Below are positions 13,753 to 26,767 of a stretch of 64,000 nucleotides of DNA, in pieces (the first letter of the stretch is position 1; each line of letters starts with the position of its first letter). Location: positions 25,110,001 to 25,174,000 of the forward strand of contig OZ024748.1 in the NCBI GenBank assembly GCA_964016885.1, in the 5' to 3' direction. Origin of the DNA: Eledone cirrhosa. Lineage: Eukaryota. A program made the translations under genes and the position numbers. The notes below the pieces were generated by a model, which was given only the letters and a program-made list of their open reading frames with translations, ran no database searches and was not told the origin of the DNA.

Positions 13753-14074
13753 CAACTAATAAAAACAAACAACATCAAAATATTGGCATACCGTAATAAT
13801 GTCGAACATTTTCTTATAACAATGATCAGCCAAAACAATAAAAATACACCAAGCAACATAACAACAACAATAAAAACAGGAGGAAAATAAACTAAGAACA
13901 AGAACAGAGGCAGGCATGAGAATAAATGGATACAACATGAAGGGGGTGGTACTGAGGTAAGTGATAACAATAATAGTTTCAAACGACTCTATGGCTTCTT
14001 GTGTGAGCTTGTCGACACTTCAATGAATAAATATATATATTGTATACCATTCATCAATCTCAGACCATATTTTA

Positions 14075-14088
14075 TGTCTGTGTGTGTG

Positions 14089-14121
<33 letters not shown>

Positions 14122-14257
14122 GTGTGTGTGTGTGTTTAATACATACATATAAATACATACACAGATGCATATAAACACACACACATACAGGTATATATAC
14201 ATATATATTCACACACATACACTCATATACATACATGCATATATGCATATACATATA

Positions 14258-14344
<87 letters not shown>

Positions 14345-14345
14345 T
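14075..14345. repeat. Compound (TA)n/(CA)n microsatellite
   Basis: Directly visible. Confidence 0.9.
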
Positions 14346-15436
14346 CTAATAGCCTAACGCTAGTCATATATTGAAAATAGTTTTCCAAGACATTAATTTA
14401 TAGTATTATATTCTAGTATGTTATGGTGTGTTTTAGTGTTGTATTCTAATATGAAAGAACTAGGAGGGGAAACAAGGTAAGTGAAAGCTATAAATAAATA
14501 TATAGTAAAAATAACTGTAGACATGTTGGGTGTAGCCCTGCGATGAGCTGTGTGCATTGGCAGACTATTGTATCATGTAAGCAATAGCCTAGCTGACTTA
14601 CAAGAAAAGAAATGATGTGGCTTATCTCATAATGTCCTGTACCACATGAAACCACATTAATAAGACACTGATGAAAAAGTACAAAATAACACTATGACTG
14701 CATCACATTAAAAACTAGTCTTTGCTTTACTACAAATTTTCACATCACTCTACCCACCAGTAAAGATACTGTAAACATTTTAATTAACGAACCCGATTTT
14801 AGATATGCTCGGCTAAATAGTTACAAGATGTTAAAGCTTAATTGTAATTGTGCTGCCGAATTATTATTAGTATTTTCTTTCTACTTTAAAAGAACTTTCA
14901 GAGAGTGGAGAAGGCCAATGACCTCTTGGCATTGATGTCAATATTGAGTGGTGTAGTTTAAATGTTTAAATGTCACTAAGCTTTATTATATTTAGCCCGC
15001 TTAATTATTGATGTATCTGACACTATTGTGTTTGTTCTACCTAAAACCGTTCAACGAACATATCAGCTAGAAGAGAACACTTCTGGAACATGAGAAACAA
15101 ACTAACGCAAGCCAACCGACACCAGAGTTGTGAGAACTAAACCTATACATTTCAATACAGATCCGACATGATAGAGGCTGATTGTATTTAGTTTCTAGTA
15201 ATATATTGTAATGGCTAATAACGGTGTGTACGCCTATCTACACACGGGTAAAGTTATCTACTTGCTTCCCGCCATTTTAAGCTAACATATAAATTACAGT
15301 AAATATTTATACTGCACCACATAAATTTAAGCTAACTCATATGTATTACATATTAGCATGAACATTCATGTTATACATACACACACACACACACACGCAC
15401 ACATACATATATATATATATATATACATATATATAT

Positions 15437-15630
15437 AGTTTTAATATAGATGAGATTCTACAGGACTAGAACTGTTTCATTTTTTAGAAATCATCAGAAC
15501 CTGATGATTTCTAAAGAATGAAACAGTTCTAGTCCTGTAGAATCTCATCTATATTAAAACTTTTACACTCTGCTATGTATTGAGTACCTTACTTACTGTG
15601 GTTACCTCCGATTCAACCCGGAATAACTTA
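15437..15630 (+). mobile_element. Fold-back element A (Penelope pLTR-like) with hammerhead core
   Basis: ~60-bp arms at 15437-15561; the right arm carries CTGATGA(15501)-tttctaaagaat-GAAAC-agttcta-GTC-ctgtag; unique tail to ~15630; flanked by (TA)n. Confidence 0.7.
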
Positions 15631-15662
15631 CATATATATATATACACACATATATACATACG

Positions 15663-15736
<74 letters not shown>

Positions 15737-15741
<5 letters not shown>

Positions 15742-15930
15742 GGAACCAGTAAGACCCCGACGGCTGAGCTCAAGCCGTTTCGACGGCTAATTCTGGACAG
15801 AATTAGCCGTCGAAACGGCTTGAGCTCAGCCGTCGGGGTCTTACTGGTTCCTATTACCCACTCTACTACCCCAAGTATTGAGTACTTTGGTGCGTTATGG
15901 TCCACCTGGTTCCTTACCACATTTCCTTCG

Positions 15931-15932
<2 letters not shown>
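15737..15932 (+). mobile_element. Fold-back element B (hammerhead 3' half, palindromic loop)
   Basis: Near-perfect hairpin 15737-15856; right arm cGAAAC-ggct-tgagctc-agcc-GTC-ggggtc; tail to 15932; embedded in (TA)n. Confidence 0.7.
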
Positions 15933-15996
<64 letters not shown>

Positions 15997-15998
<2 letters not shown>

Positions 15999-16115
15999 CG
16001 AAGGAAATGTGGTAAGGAACCAGATGGACCATAACGCACCAAAGTACTCAATACTTAGGGTAGTAGAGTGGGTAATAGGAACGAGTAGGACTCAGCCGTC
16101 GGGGTCCTACTCGTT

Positions 16116-16120
<5 letters not shown>
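15997..16120 (-). mobile_element. Element B, inverted partial copy
   Basis: Reverse complement of the B tail plus a collapsed hairpin, on the other side of a (TA)n tract. Confidence 0.75.
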
Positions 16121-16149
<29 letters not shown>

Positions 16150-16233
16150 CGTTGGCAAATCACTGATGAGGGACTAATTTTATAATATGTAATCCATGTG
16201 CAACCATGCAGTATTCTTCTCCCCATATTTTTC

Positions 16234-16268
<35 letters not shown>

Positions 16269-17040
16269 TAGCTTCGAGTTTAGACTCAATGAGGTCATTT
16301 ACAATCATTTCAGCTCTAGGAATCGCTTCTGAGCAGTATAAATTAATATTTGATGAACATTTACATGTTTTAGTTGCAATTGACTAATAAGATCGCTAGA
16401 GTGAAAAATCTTAATTCAACAACATAAAGTCTGCCTGTACGATCTAAAAAAATAATAAATCAATACTCACAGACTCATATGGGCAAAAAGCCTTGGTTTA
16501 AAATTCAAAATACAAACTTTTTCCGCAGATCGGTCAGAACTTCAAACTTCAAACATGTTTCACAAAGGATGGTGTAATAGTAAAATAATTAACTAATTAG
16601 CAGTGAGTTAATCAACTTTTTCTGTGTTTATCAATAGGTACCCAGATAAAATAAAATAACTCTACCTCAGAAAAATATCTAAGGTCTGGTTAGCGTAGCG
16701 AAAATACACGAGGTTTTGCACACGGCTTATTCCAGTCCTCTAACGTCCCACACATAGTGCTAGAAATAACAGATTATATACATATATTATGTATATATAC
16801 ATAATATATATATATTGGGGAATTATCATGTTTCCAGTATTGCAAATAAAATAAAAACATACTCTTTTACTATTTACTCTTTTACCTGTACCAGCCATCC
16901 GGCTGAGGCCATGCTGGGGCACCATATTATTTTCACTTTATCGTTATTATTAGTTATTCGTTAGTTCGTCAAAGTTCTTTCGTCACATATATATATTAAT
17001 AATACTAATAAATGGAAAATATCTTTATAAAACCATAATT

Positions 17041-17100
17041 ATTTTATTATACGTATTTCAAAGGATACTAATATTTTAGTACGCTTTCGTCAGATAAAAT
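17041..17100 (-). ncRNA. Minimal type I hammerhead ribozyme (PLE-type)
   Basis: ATTTTAT-CTGACGA-AAGCGTACTAA.aata.TTAGTATCCTTT-GAA-ATACGTAT-A-ATAAAAT: perfect 7-bp stem I, stem II, palindromic stem III. Confidence 0.75.
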
Positions 17101-17288
17101 ATAATAATTGGTTTAAAGATAGTGACATATCTTCATGTTATAAGTTCGGTGAAGATATTAATATTATTGATATTAATGATACTCCGGATAAAACCATTGA
17201 GTGCTTTTAATCTGTTGTAAATTAACTTCGTTGAATAATCAATAAACCAAATAACTCCTTGTTTATATATATATATATATAGATATAG

Positions 17289-17414
<126 letters not shown>

Positions 17415-17417
17415 ATG

Positions 17418-18511
17418 CGTGGGGGCTTCAAAATGTTCGTGAGAAAAGTACATAACTAAAGATCATGTGCAGGGATTTTGAACTCAATGCACCTGTATGT
17501 TCTCACATTAATGTGTCATGACATGTTCTAACATAAATGCATGTTGCAACGCGGCGCCGCCAGTCGGAAGTCAGTAACCACTCCAGCAACATAGCCTCCA
17601 TCAAAAATTGAGGCTAGGACAAACATCAAATTCATGGTGAAGCTAGGGTGGCAGAGCAGCCAAATCATTGATGCTCTGAAGCAAGTCTATGGGGACAATG
17701 CCCCAAAGAAATCAACAACCTATAAATGTTTAAGTTGTTTACGAAGTAGAAGAGATGAGATTGAAAATGATGTCTGCAGTGGCAGGACATCCAGATCAGT
17801 CTGTGTGGAAAATATCGATACTGTTCACGACCTAATTGAAAATGATAGGCGAATAACCACTGAATCAGTAGCCGACACACTCAACATCTCCATGGGTTTT
17901 GCAATTCTGGTGGAGAGTTTAGGGCTGAGCAAGCTTTCCGCTGGATGGGCCCCAAAGCTGTTGCGCACAGATTAGCAACAAACAAGGGTAGATCTTTCGA
18001 TGGAAATTTTGGGTATTTCGCTGGTTGACTTCCTCGAGAACAAGAGAACAATTGCAGCTGCATATTATGAAAGGTTTTTGAGTAAACAGGTCAAGAAAAT
18101 CGCGGAAAGACACCGGGGAAAGCTGCATCGGCGCATCCTCTTCCATCATGACAATGCGCCAGCTCACGGCGCTCTACAGACACGAGCTGTGTTGCACGAA
18201 TTTCGATGTGAAATCATCCGACATCCACCTTACAGCCCCGCTTTAGCCCCATCCGACTTCTTTTTGTTTCCAAACTTGAAAAAATCATTGAAAGGTACCC
18301 ATTTTCCATCAATTGAAGATATAAAAAAAAGCTTCTTTGACATGGTTTAAATCGCATGGCCCCAAGTTTTACACAGATGGACATAAAGGTTGGTATCAAT
18401 GCTTGCAGAAGTGTATTGACTTGAATGGAGCATATGTGGAAAAATAAACATCGTAACTTAAACCGTCTTTTTCAACTTTCCTTTTTGTACGAACCTTTTG
18501 AAGCCTCCCCG
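17418..18511 (+). mobile_element. Mariner transposon (irritans subfamily, Hsmar2-like), internally deleted and defective
   Basis: TIRs cgtgggggcttcaaaatgttcgtgagaaaag / ctttttgtacgaaccttttgaagcctccccg+TA; motifs WAPKLL, HHDNAPAH, HPPYSPALAPSDFFLF. Confidence 0.92.
17591..18447 (+). pseudogene. Mariner transposase pseudogene
   Basis: ORFs 17634..17975 and 18000..18350 are in frame across a TAG; the segment with the first catalytic Asp (TGDETW) is deleted at MEIL|GISLVDF; frameshift in the poly-A near 18325. Confidence 0.88.
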
Positions 18512-18813
18512 TATATATATATGTATATATATGTACATACGTACATACATACATACATGCATACATACCTGCATACATACATACATGCATACATACATAC
18601 ATACATACATACATACATACATACATACATACATACATACATACATACGTACATACATACATACGTACATACATACATACATACATGCATACATACATAC
18701 ATACATACATACATACATACATACATACATACATACATACATACATACATACATACGTACATACATACATACATACATACATACATACATACATACATAC
18801 ATACATACATACA
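18512..18813. repeat. (TACA)n microsatellite
   Basis: Directly visible. Confidence 0.95.
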
Positions 18814-18861
18814 TGTCAAAAAAATATACTCGAAATTAAGAGAAAGAGAAAACATACATAC

Positions 18862-19462
18862 ATACATGGTGGCTGCCAACTCGTTTTCGAGTACGGCCAC
18901 TACTTTATATCCATGTAGGATGCGCTGAACGAGTGTGACTTTTTAGTCCAGCCAGCGACTTGAAAACTCTGGTACAAACACTACACTTGTGACAATTATT
19001 GACACATAGTGCTGGGCCCATGGTACCATGTGATGACAAGTGCAGAGAGATCTCCAGATATAAAGCAATGCCTGTGCCGTGAAGCTTTTATAGTGAGCAA
19101 AGGCACTGCACAAAGCCAGTCCCACTCTCTTAACCAAGATGATATTTACCAAAAAGAAGAACAAGTCAACATCATTGGATACCATCAGGGTTGCAGGTGT
19201 TATATCAGAGTTTTCCTTCTCCTAGAATTCTGCCTTGACAAAGTCTAAGGGGTCATCTCTCCCGGTGATTTTGGATGGCCATTGACTCTTAAGAGCTCAT
19301 TTGCCCTTTGACAGGTTTTGTTTTTAGTCCTGCAGGATGTCCAAAGTCCCTCCTCACCAAGAAACCTTGGTGGGATTGCCAGTTTAGTCGCCAACGACCC
19401 GACCATGAGACAGGTTGTACTGGGATACATTTTACCAGTAGCACCAACTGGTGACCTGACAG
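18862..19462 (-). mobile_element. RTE-like retroposon 5' segment flanked by (TACA)n
   Basis: Minus strand contains tctaggagaaggaaaactctga, which I recall from RTE 5' UTRs; near-identical copy at 22251-22724 and diverged homolog at ~62900-63015. Confidence 0.5.
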
Positions 19463-19784
19463 TATACATACATACATACATACATACATACATACATACA
19501 TACATACATACATACATACATACATACATACATGCATGCATACATACATACATAGCTGGCACCTTCAAAATTTGCAAAACATTCTTGCGATTCAAAGGAT
19601 AACAATTTCTTTTCTTTTACCATCTTATCACCAGGAAGGTGGCCGGTCAAAAATGTACTCGAAATTAAGAGAAAGAGAAACATACATACATACATACATA
19701 CATCATACATACATACATTAATATATATATATATGTGTGTGTGTAATAAACAACACAATATAACTATTGCACCAGAAGGAAAAT

Positions 19785-19855
19785 TTCCTTCTGATGAACG
19801 ACTTCGGACGCCTCTGTTGGGGTTGGCTGTCTTCGTGAAACCTTTGGTAATGGAA
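19785..19855 (+). ncRNA. Type I hammerhead ribozyme
   Basis: ttcctt-CTGATGA-ACGA[long loop]TCGT-GAA-ACC.ttt.GGT-A-atggaa; GUA triplet; stem I 5/6 paired. Confidence 0.65.
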
Positions 19856-19945
19856 TAATTATATTTGGTTGTTTATTACATAATTAAATTTCTCTGTACT
19901 ATACATAAAGCACTCTTCTTTCCTTTATCTTTTTCACGGAAATAC

Positions 19946-20009
<64 letters not shown>

Positions 20010-20014
20010 CACAC

Positions 20015-20090
20015 TCCAGAAATAGCCGTCGAAACGGCTTGAGCTCTGCCGTCGGGGTCATACTTTTTCCTATTTCCTATTTCCCACATA
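20015..20090 (+). mobile_element. Element B fragment
   Basis: tccagaaatagccgtcgaaacggcttgagctctgccgtcggggtc between (TA)n tracts. Confidence 0.7.
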
Positions 20091-20099
20091 TATATATAT

Positions 20100-20148
<49 letters not shown>

Positions 20149-20165
20149 CATACATATATATATAT

Positions 20166-20262
<97 letters not shown>

Positions 20263-20744
20263 ATATATATATACATATATATGTATATATAAGAATCCTT
20301 ACTCGTATCTTTTCACAGGAAATCTTAGCTTTCAAATAACCAAATAACCAAGTTTCATTTAACTGCTGAAACCGTATAAGCTAGAAGTATACCGTGTTCA
20401 ACTCTAACTAAAATGTAACACTGTAAAATATACATTTGTGCTTTATTCAATATCCGTATTTCCTTTATTCTCGAGTGTACCAAATGTATAGAAGTACTGA
20501 ACAAGGATGTTTTAATTTGCAGTTCGCAGAGGAATCGGTCTTCTCTGATTTCACATAGGAAGTTAAAGTTTCAGTCATTAACGAAACAATTAATACCTCA
20601 TACCAGACGTTCCTCTTCAGAGCCCAGAGATTTGGTAGCTATTTCTAGCAAGTCGAACGACCAAATAATGTCCACTGCTCATTAGCATAATGTTAATTAT
20701 TTAATTTTTTAACGCCAGAACACCATAACTTTAAACATCCGTAT

Positions 20745-21015
<271 letters not shown>

Positions 21016-21030
21016 TATATATATATATAT

Positions 21031-21217
21031 ATAGGAACGAGTAGGACCCCGACGGCTGAGCTCAAGCCGTTTCTGGACGTCCAGAATTAGCCGTCGAAAC
21101 GGCTTGAGCTCAGCCGTCGGGGTCCTACTCGTTTCTATTACCCACTCTACTACCCTAAGTATTGAGTACTTTGGTGCGTTATGGTCCACCTGGTTCCTTA
21201 CCACATTTCCTTCGTTA
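21031..21217 (+). mobile_element. Fold-back element B, third copy
   Basis: Hairpin with palindromic centre tctggacgtccaga and the same tail as 15857-15932. Confidence 0.75.
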
Positions 21218-21327
21218 TACATGTATGATTATACATATGTACACATATATACATAGAAACTTACGTGCATATATCTATATGTATATATATATACGATATA
21301 TTAACAGATATTTATAAAACCATATTT

Positions 21328-21390
21328 ATTTCATTATACATATTTCAAGGACACCAAGTCAAATTATGGTGCGCTTTCATCAGATAAAAT
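21328..21390 (-). ncRNA. Minimal type I hammerhead ribozyme, homolog of 17041-17100
   Basis: ATTTTAT-CTGATGA-AAGCGCACCA.taatttgact.TGGTGTCCTT-GAA-ATATGTAT-A-ATGAAAT. Confidence 0.72.
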
Positions 21391-21857
21391 ATAATATAGA
21401 TCAGTTTTATAAATAAATATTAACATACCCTTAAAGTATGCGACCATTTCTGTTGGAAGCTCCCGGATTTTACTCCAATAATTTATTTTTACTCCAATAA
21501 TTTGTTGAGTGCTTTATATCAGTTATAAAAATATTTGCTTGTATCCCAACAAATTAGATATAACTTCTACATATATATATATATGTGTGTGTGGGGGGTG
21601 TTTGGGTGTGTGTAATCAGTAAACCAGATTTCCCCTATAGGCACACGCTCAGATTTCTACAGTAGAGGAAATCAAATAATGTTGAATACATGTCGTTCTT
21701 TGAGAAATTAGCAATATACAAGAAAGGAAACGATTTAATGGAAATTCTAACTAGAAATTGAAACGTGATCTCAGTTGGTATGTGTTTGTTTCCTGTAGTA
21801 AACGAGTATGTTAACTTTAAAAAGACTCTCATAACTTGTTAACTCTTGTATGAAAAG

Positions 21858-21960
21858 GGCACGGGCAATCTTTTTTGAGCACCGTTCCGCATAGAATGTG
21901 GCTCTTCATAAGGCCGACCCATTAAAAATATTCAAGGCAATTTTAAAATTTGGCTTGTCA
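21858..21960 (-). mobile_element. hAT-like non-autonomous element fragment
   Basis: Reverse complement of the body shared with 26605-26745 and 54919-55250. Confidence 0.5.
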
Positions 21961-21971
21961 TTCTGAAAGCC

Positions 21972-22092
21972 AAACGGCGAATTGGCAGAGTCATTAAAAC
22001 GACAAATAGAAGGCTTTGCTGTATTCATTTCAGTTCTCTGCTTTCTGTGTTCAAATTCCATCGAGGTGTACTTTGCCTTTCATCTATTCGAT
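21972..22092 (+). mobile_element. SINE family 1, 3'-truncated
   Basis: ggcgaattggcagagtcatt...gttcaaattccatcgaggtgtactttgcctttcatc. Confidence 0.7.
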
Positions 22093-22179
22093 ATGTATGT
22101 GTGCGAGAGTGTGTGTATGCATCTGTGTGTATGCATGTATGTAAGTATTTATACATACATACATACATACATACATACA

Positions 22180-22210
<31 letters not shown>

Positions 22211-22250
22211 GTACATACACACACACATACACACATACATACACACATAC

Positions 22251-22724
22251 ATACATGGTGGCTGCCAACTCGTTTTCGAGTACGGCCACTACTTTATATC
22301 CATGTAGGAGAACCCCTACCGATGCGCTGAACGAGTGTGACTTTTTAGTCCAGCCAGCGACTTGAAAACTCTGGTACAAACACTACACTTGTGACAATTA
22401 TTGACACATAGTGCTGGGCCCATGGTACCATGTGACGACAAATGCAGAGAGATCTCCAGATATAAAGCAATGCCTGTGCCGTGAAGCTTTTATAGTGAGC
22501 AAAGGCACTGCACAAAGCCAGTCCCACTCTCTTAACCAAGATGATATTTACCAAAAAGAAGAACAAGTCAACATCATTGGATACCATCAGAGTTGCAGGT
22601 GTTATATCAGAGTTTTCCTTCTCCTAGAATTCTGCCTTGACAAAGGCTAAGGGGTCATCTCTCCCGGTGATTTTGGATGGCCATTGACTCTTAAGAGCTC
22701 CTTTGCCCTTTGACAGGTTTTGTT
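22251..22724 (-). mobile_element. Near-identical second copy of the 18862-19322 segment
   Basis: Almost identical sequence (ORFs 19009..19248 and 22411..22650 nearly the same); flanked by (TACA)n. Confidence 0.85.
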
Positions 22725-24883
22725 TGACATACATACATACACACATACATACATACACACACACATACATACATACATACACACATACACACATACACAC
22801 ACACACATCCACACACACACACACACACACACACATTCATACATACATACATACATACATACATACATACATACATACATACATACATACATACATACAT
22901 ACAGTATCCCACGCACAATACTACAGGATTCTAAATGTACATAATATACAATAATACTATATTTAATAGAGAAAAATGTTTTTTTCTCTTGTATAAAAAC
23001 GAAACATCTATTAAAAAAATGTTTTTATTATTTTTGTACAAACTAACAGAATTTAATGCAAGTTTCTTTCTAATTGTGCAGTTGCCGGTGGTATTTTGCA
23101 AAGAAGATTTTCTGTGCATATTATCTAACTAAAAAAACTACAGTGCAGCATGTTGCAGTTGCAGCAAGATGCTTATAGCATAACTATTCAGACCTTACAA
23201 AGCTTTCAGTCTAAAAATACTGAAATACATATTACACTGATGTTAGTATGTACGTTATCGGGCGTGATACCTGTTAGCGAATGTGCGTGCGCACGCCTCT
23301 ATGCGCCTGTGTGTGTGTGTGCGTTTATGGACATATGCGTCTGTGTGTGTGGATATATGCGTCTTTGTGTGTATTTGTGTTTGTGGGGATGTACATTGGT
23401 GTTTATATTTATATTTTTATGTAAACATCACGTGATTTGAAACTGACAGTGGAATTTTGAAAATTGAATTTAATTAGTAACTTCAATGTATTTTTTTAAT
23501 TTTTTTACTACAATAAATAGTCCAATAATAACAGAGGAATAAAACCCTAAAACGGAAAAAATGCATGCTAATGCCCATTGTTTTCCCGTTCTAGGAGTTA
23601 TGCTCTGTTATTATCAGACTATACGGCCAAGTTACTAATTTAATTAAATTTTATACTTTTATAGTTTTACTTATATTTTCATGTTAATATTTATACGTTT
23701 ATATTTTCAGTTTTGTGAACGTTAATAATAAAATGAAACTATTTTATTGCAAATATGCTTTCAAGTATATTTACAAGAAAATAATCTAATATAGGCGTCA
23801 GCACTGCTGTGTGATTATAAAGTTTACTTTGCAACTCTGTGGTTTTGAATAAGATCTCACTGCCTGGCAGCTTGGTTAAGTGTCTTCCACTAAAAGTTCG
23901 GGCATACCAATGCCTTGAGTGGGAAGTTTGGTAGACTGAAACTAATTTTGTACAAAATATTACATTAAAAAACAAAATCATAAATCGCCGGACAAGTTGC
24001 ACCCAGTTTTAGTTCAATTTTGTGAAATAATATGAAAGCACAAGTTGGGGAGGCGGTGTGGAAGTTTGGGGAATGGAAATAAGGAATTTGACTGAAGAAA
24101 ATCATTTACAAGTTGAGTTACACAAGGATAATTACATATTGAAAATGGTGCATATTCATTCCCAATTGATGAATATAACCTTGACCAGGAGAAGGTGTTG
24201 TTACCAGATTATGTCCAACGTTCATTGGGAGTTTCGACCCTGAATCACATCATCCTCTCGTTGTTAGGTCAGCAATGGTTGCCAAATCAATGTCCATCTT
24301 CTTCTCCTGGTTTCCAACTTGCTTATCTCCTATCTCCTGCTCCATAACCAACAAGCGTAACAAACGATAGTAGTTACTCTTGTTGGTTATGGAGCAAAAA
24401 ATTGAATGGTTCTTAAGAGTTTGTTCTTTCTCTTCGAATATACCATGACAATTATTTAGAACTAAAACTAAACAAATCCATTCTTTTTCACATAACATGC
24501 AGGAAAAGGAGACATGTCTTAGGTTGTGTATAAAAATACACTTGGTGTTGGGTACAGTACAAACACAGAGCATACAACACACACTATACATAACTCTCTA
24601 ACAAGATTTACTAATTAATATTATTTCTACTTTAAAATTTTTGTGGATGGACAGGGCGGACAAATGTAAGTGAACAAAATAAAACATGAAAAATAATAGG
24701 AAATGATTCAAATACCACGAGGGAAAATACGACAAGAACGCACACAACTTGCAAATAGAAGCTTACCTGGCGTCCAATCAGATTGAGAACGTTATCCTTG
24801 AAAGAGAATTGTATTAATAACATTACATACAGGAGTATGTATGCATACATACATAAACACAGACATACAAACACATAATACAT

Positions 24884-24918
<35 letters not shown>

Positions 24919-24963
24919 CCTACACATATGCATATATAATAATATATATGTATGTATATACAC

Positions 24964-25011
<48 letters not shown>

Positions 25012-26604
25012 GTAGACAGCCAGACATGGCTGAGATGTTACTAGTAAAGACCAGTAGAAACATCATTCAACTTACTATTCTATACTTAAGAAAAGTAGAA
25101 TGTAGATAGCATAAGGATTCTCTGGCCTGATTAAGCTTAACCGTAGGGCATAAATCCTAATAATAATAATAATAATAATAATAAAATGCTTTCTTTATTG
25201 AAAATATTTTTAATTTTTTAGTCAAATGAGATTGAAACCCTACCTCCAATCTATACATACATAAAGCATGCATGCATAGACACACCAGAACTACCCACAC
25301 GGCCACTTATAGACCTAATGATGATAATATGTATGTGTGTGGTTGTGGACGGAGTATTGTTGTTTCTTTAATAATAGTAGAAAGTGAAAAGAGAGGGATT
25401 TGTTGTTTACTAACATCTCAAAAGTGGACAGAGACAGTTTATTTTGCCAACTTTATTGATGTGGGTGAAGATGGTTGGGAAAAGAGAGGAGACAGATTTA
25501 CTAATATTTTCTGCTCTCAGACAGTTGGAACTAAGTCTTAAGTGTTATTATTGTTATTATATCGTAACAATAGTTGTTTATGTGTAATTATATTTCTAAC
25601 TCAACGTAGACAAGACGTATTCGTGCTCATTAAAATATCCAATCAATAAAATCAATGAATTGACCTTATAAAATCATAGAAATATGAGATAGTATGTGTA
25701 ATGTAATATCTGAATCTATCGATGGACCTCCATCGGTTTCGACGATGAGGGCTCCAAGTGTTGCGATAAACGGAACAGTCTGCTCGTGAAATTAACCTGT
25801 AAGTACTTTGCTGAGAATTTCACTGACACGTGTACCAGTAACGTAATTCAACGCTAATGGATTTCAACAGACATAAAACCTTAACTAATATCCCCTCAGA
25901 AATTATAACGACTGCACCTTCCTTTTCCGTCTTCACCCTATTTTATAAGCTATCTTATAGCATTTCCGTGCACGAGTACACCACTCTTTATTTTAACTTT
26001 ATTTTTTCAGCGCTTCGTAAAAGTCCGAGGGATCGGCTACTTATACACGATGTTTGTTGATAAAAATCAGTATCCCATCGGTGGTCTTATTGAGCGTGTC
26101 TATTTCAACAATTTAAGTGTTCAATAACTGTGTTGTATCTACCAGAACTATAGTGTATAAAGTGTATAAACACACCTCCTCTGCTAATGTTTATGTTATA
26201 ACAATTAATCATACTTTACCAGCCAATAATCTCCTACTTAAGTATAAAAGAACTACACATGACAAATCACTTACTGGTAGTTTCCGAAAAATAAATCTCG
26301 CGAGATCCTGGTAGTACCTTTCATCTTTCTCTCCTTTATTCAGTTTTAGGAAACAATTGTTTGTAAGTGTAAACCAATATAGGCAAACTGCGGCCTGTTT
26401 GGCTTTTTCGATGCCACACCTAATTTCAAAATTTAAGGGAGACTCGGTTGCAATTTCTAGCAGGTTGAGTGATCACATTGTGGCTTCTTTATTGGCTCAT
26501 GTTTAACACCATCAATACCATTAAAGAGTCCACAAAAGTTGTAGATTCTTATCATGTAGATAGACAGGGGAGTTATGAGATTCACCAAACTGCCTATATA
26601 CTAC

Positions 26605-26745
26605 CCATGGGCAAACTCCGGCCCGTTTGGCTTCCTGAATAGCACGCCTAATTTCAAAATCACCTTGAATTCTTTAGTAGTGTGGCCCGCCTTATGATGA
26701 GCCATCTAATGGGACCCATTGCTCGAAAAAGGTTGCCCATGTCTG
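26605..26745 (+). mobile_element. hAT-like MITE
   Basis: TIR catgggcaa ... ttgcccatg; body shared with 54919-55250 and 26375-26435. Confidence 0.6.
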
Positions 26746-26767
26746 GTGCAAACTATAGCAATATCAT

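Noticed and set aside
16147-16235. Hammerhead in the repeat shared with 48635-48720 (CTGATGAG/CTGACGAG)
   Set aside because: Both copies have GCAAC instead of GAAAC and I found no stem I; a real repeat, but ribozyme unsupported.
24050-24460. Decayed RTE LINE 3' coding fragment or host exon
   Set aside because: Only a vague RRW.LI motif; no sustained frame or splice sites.
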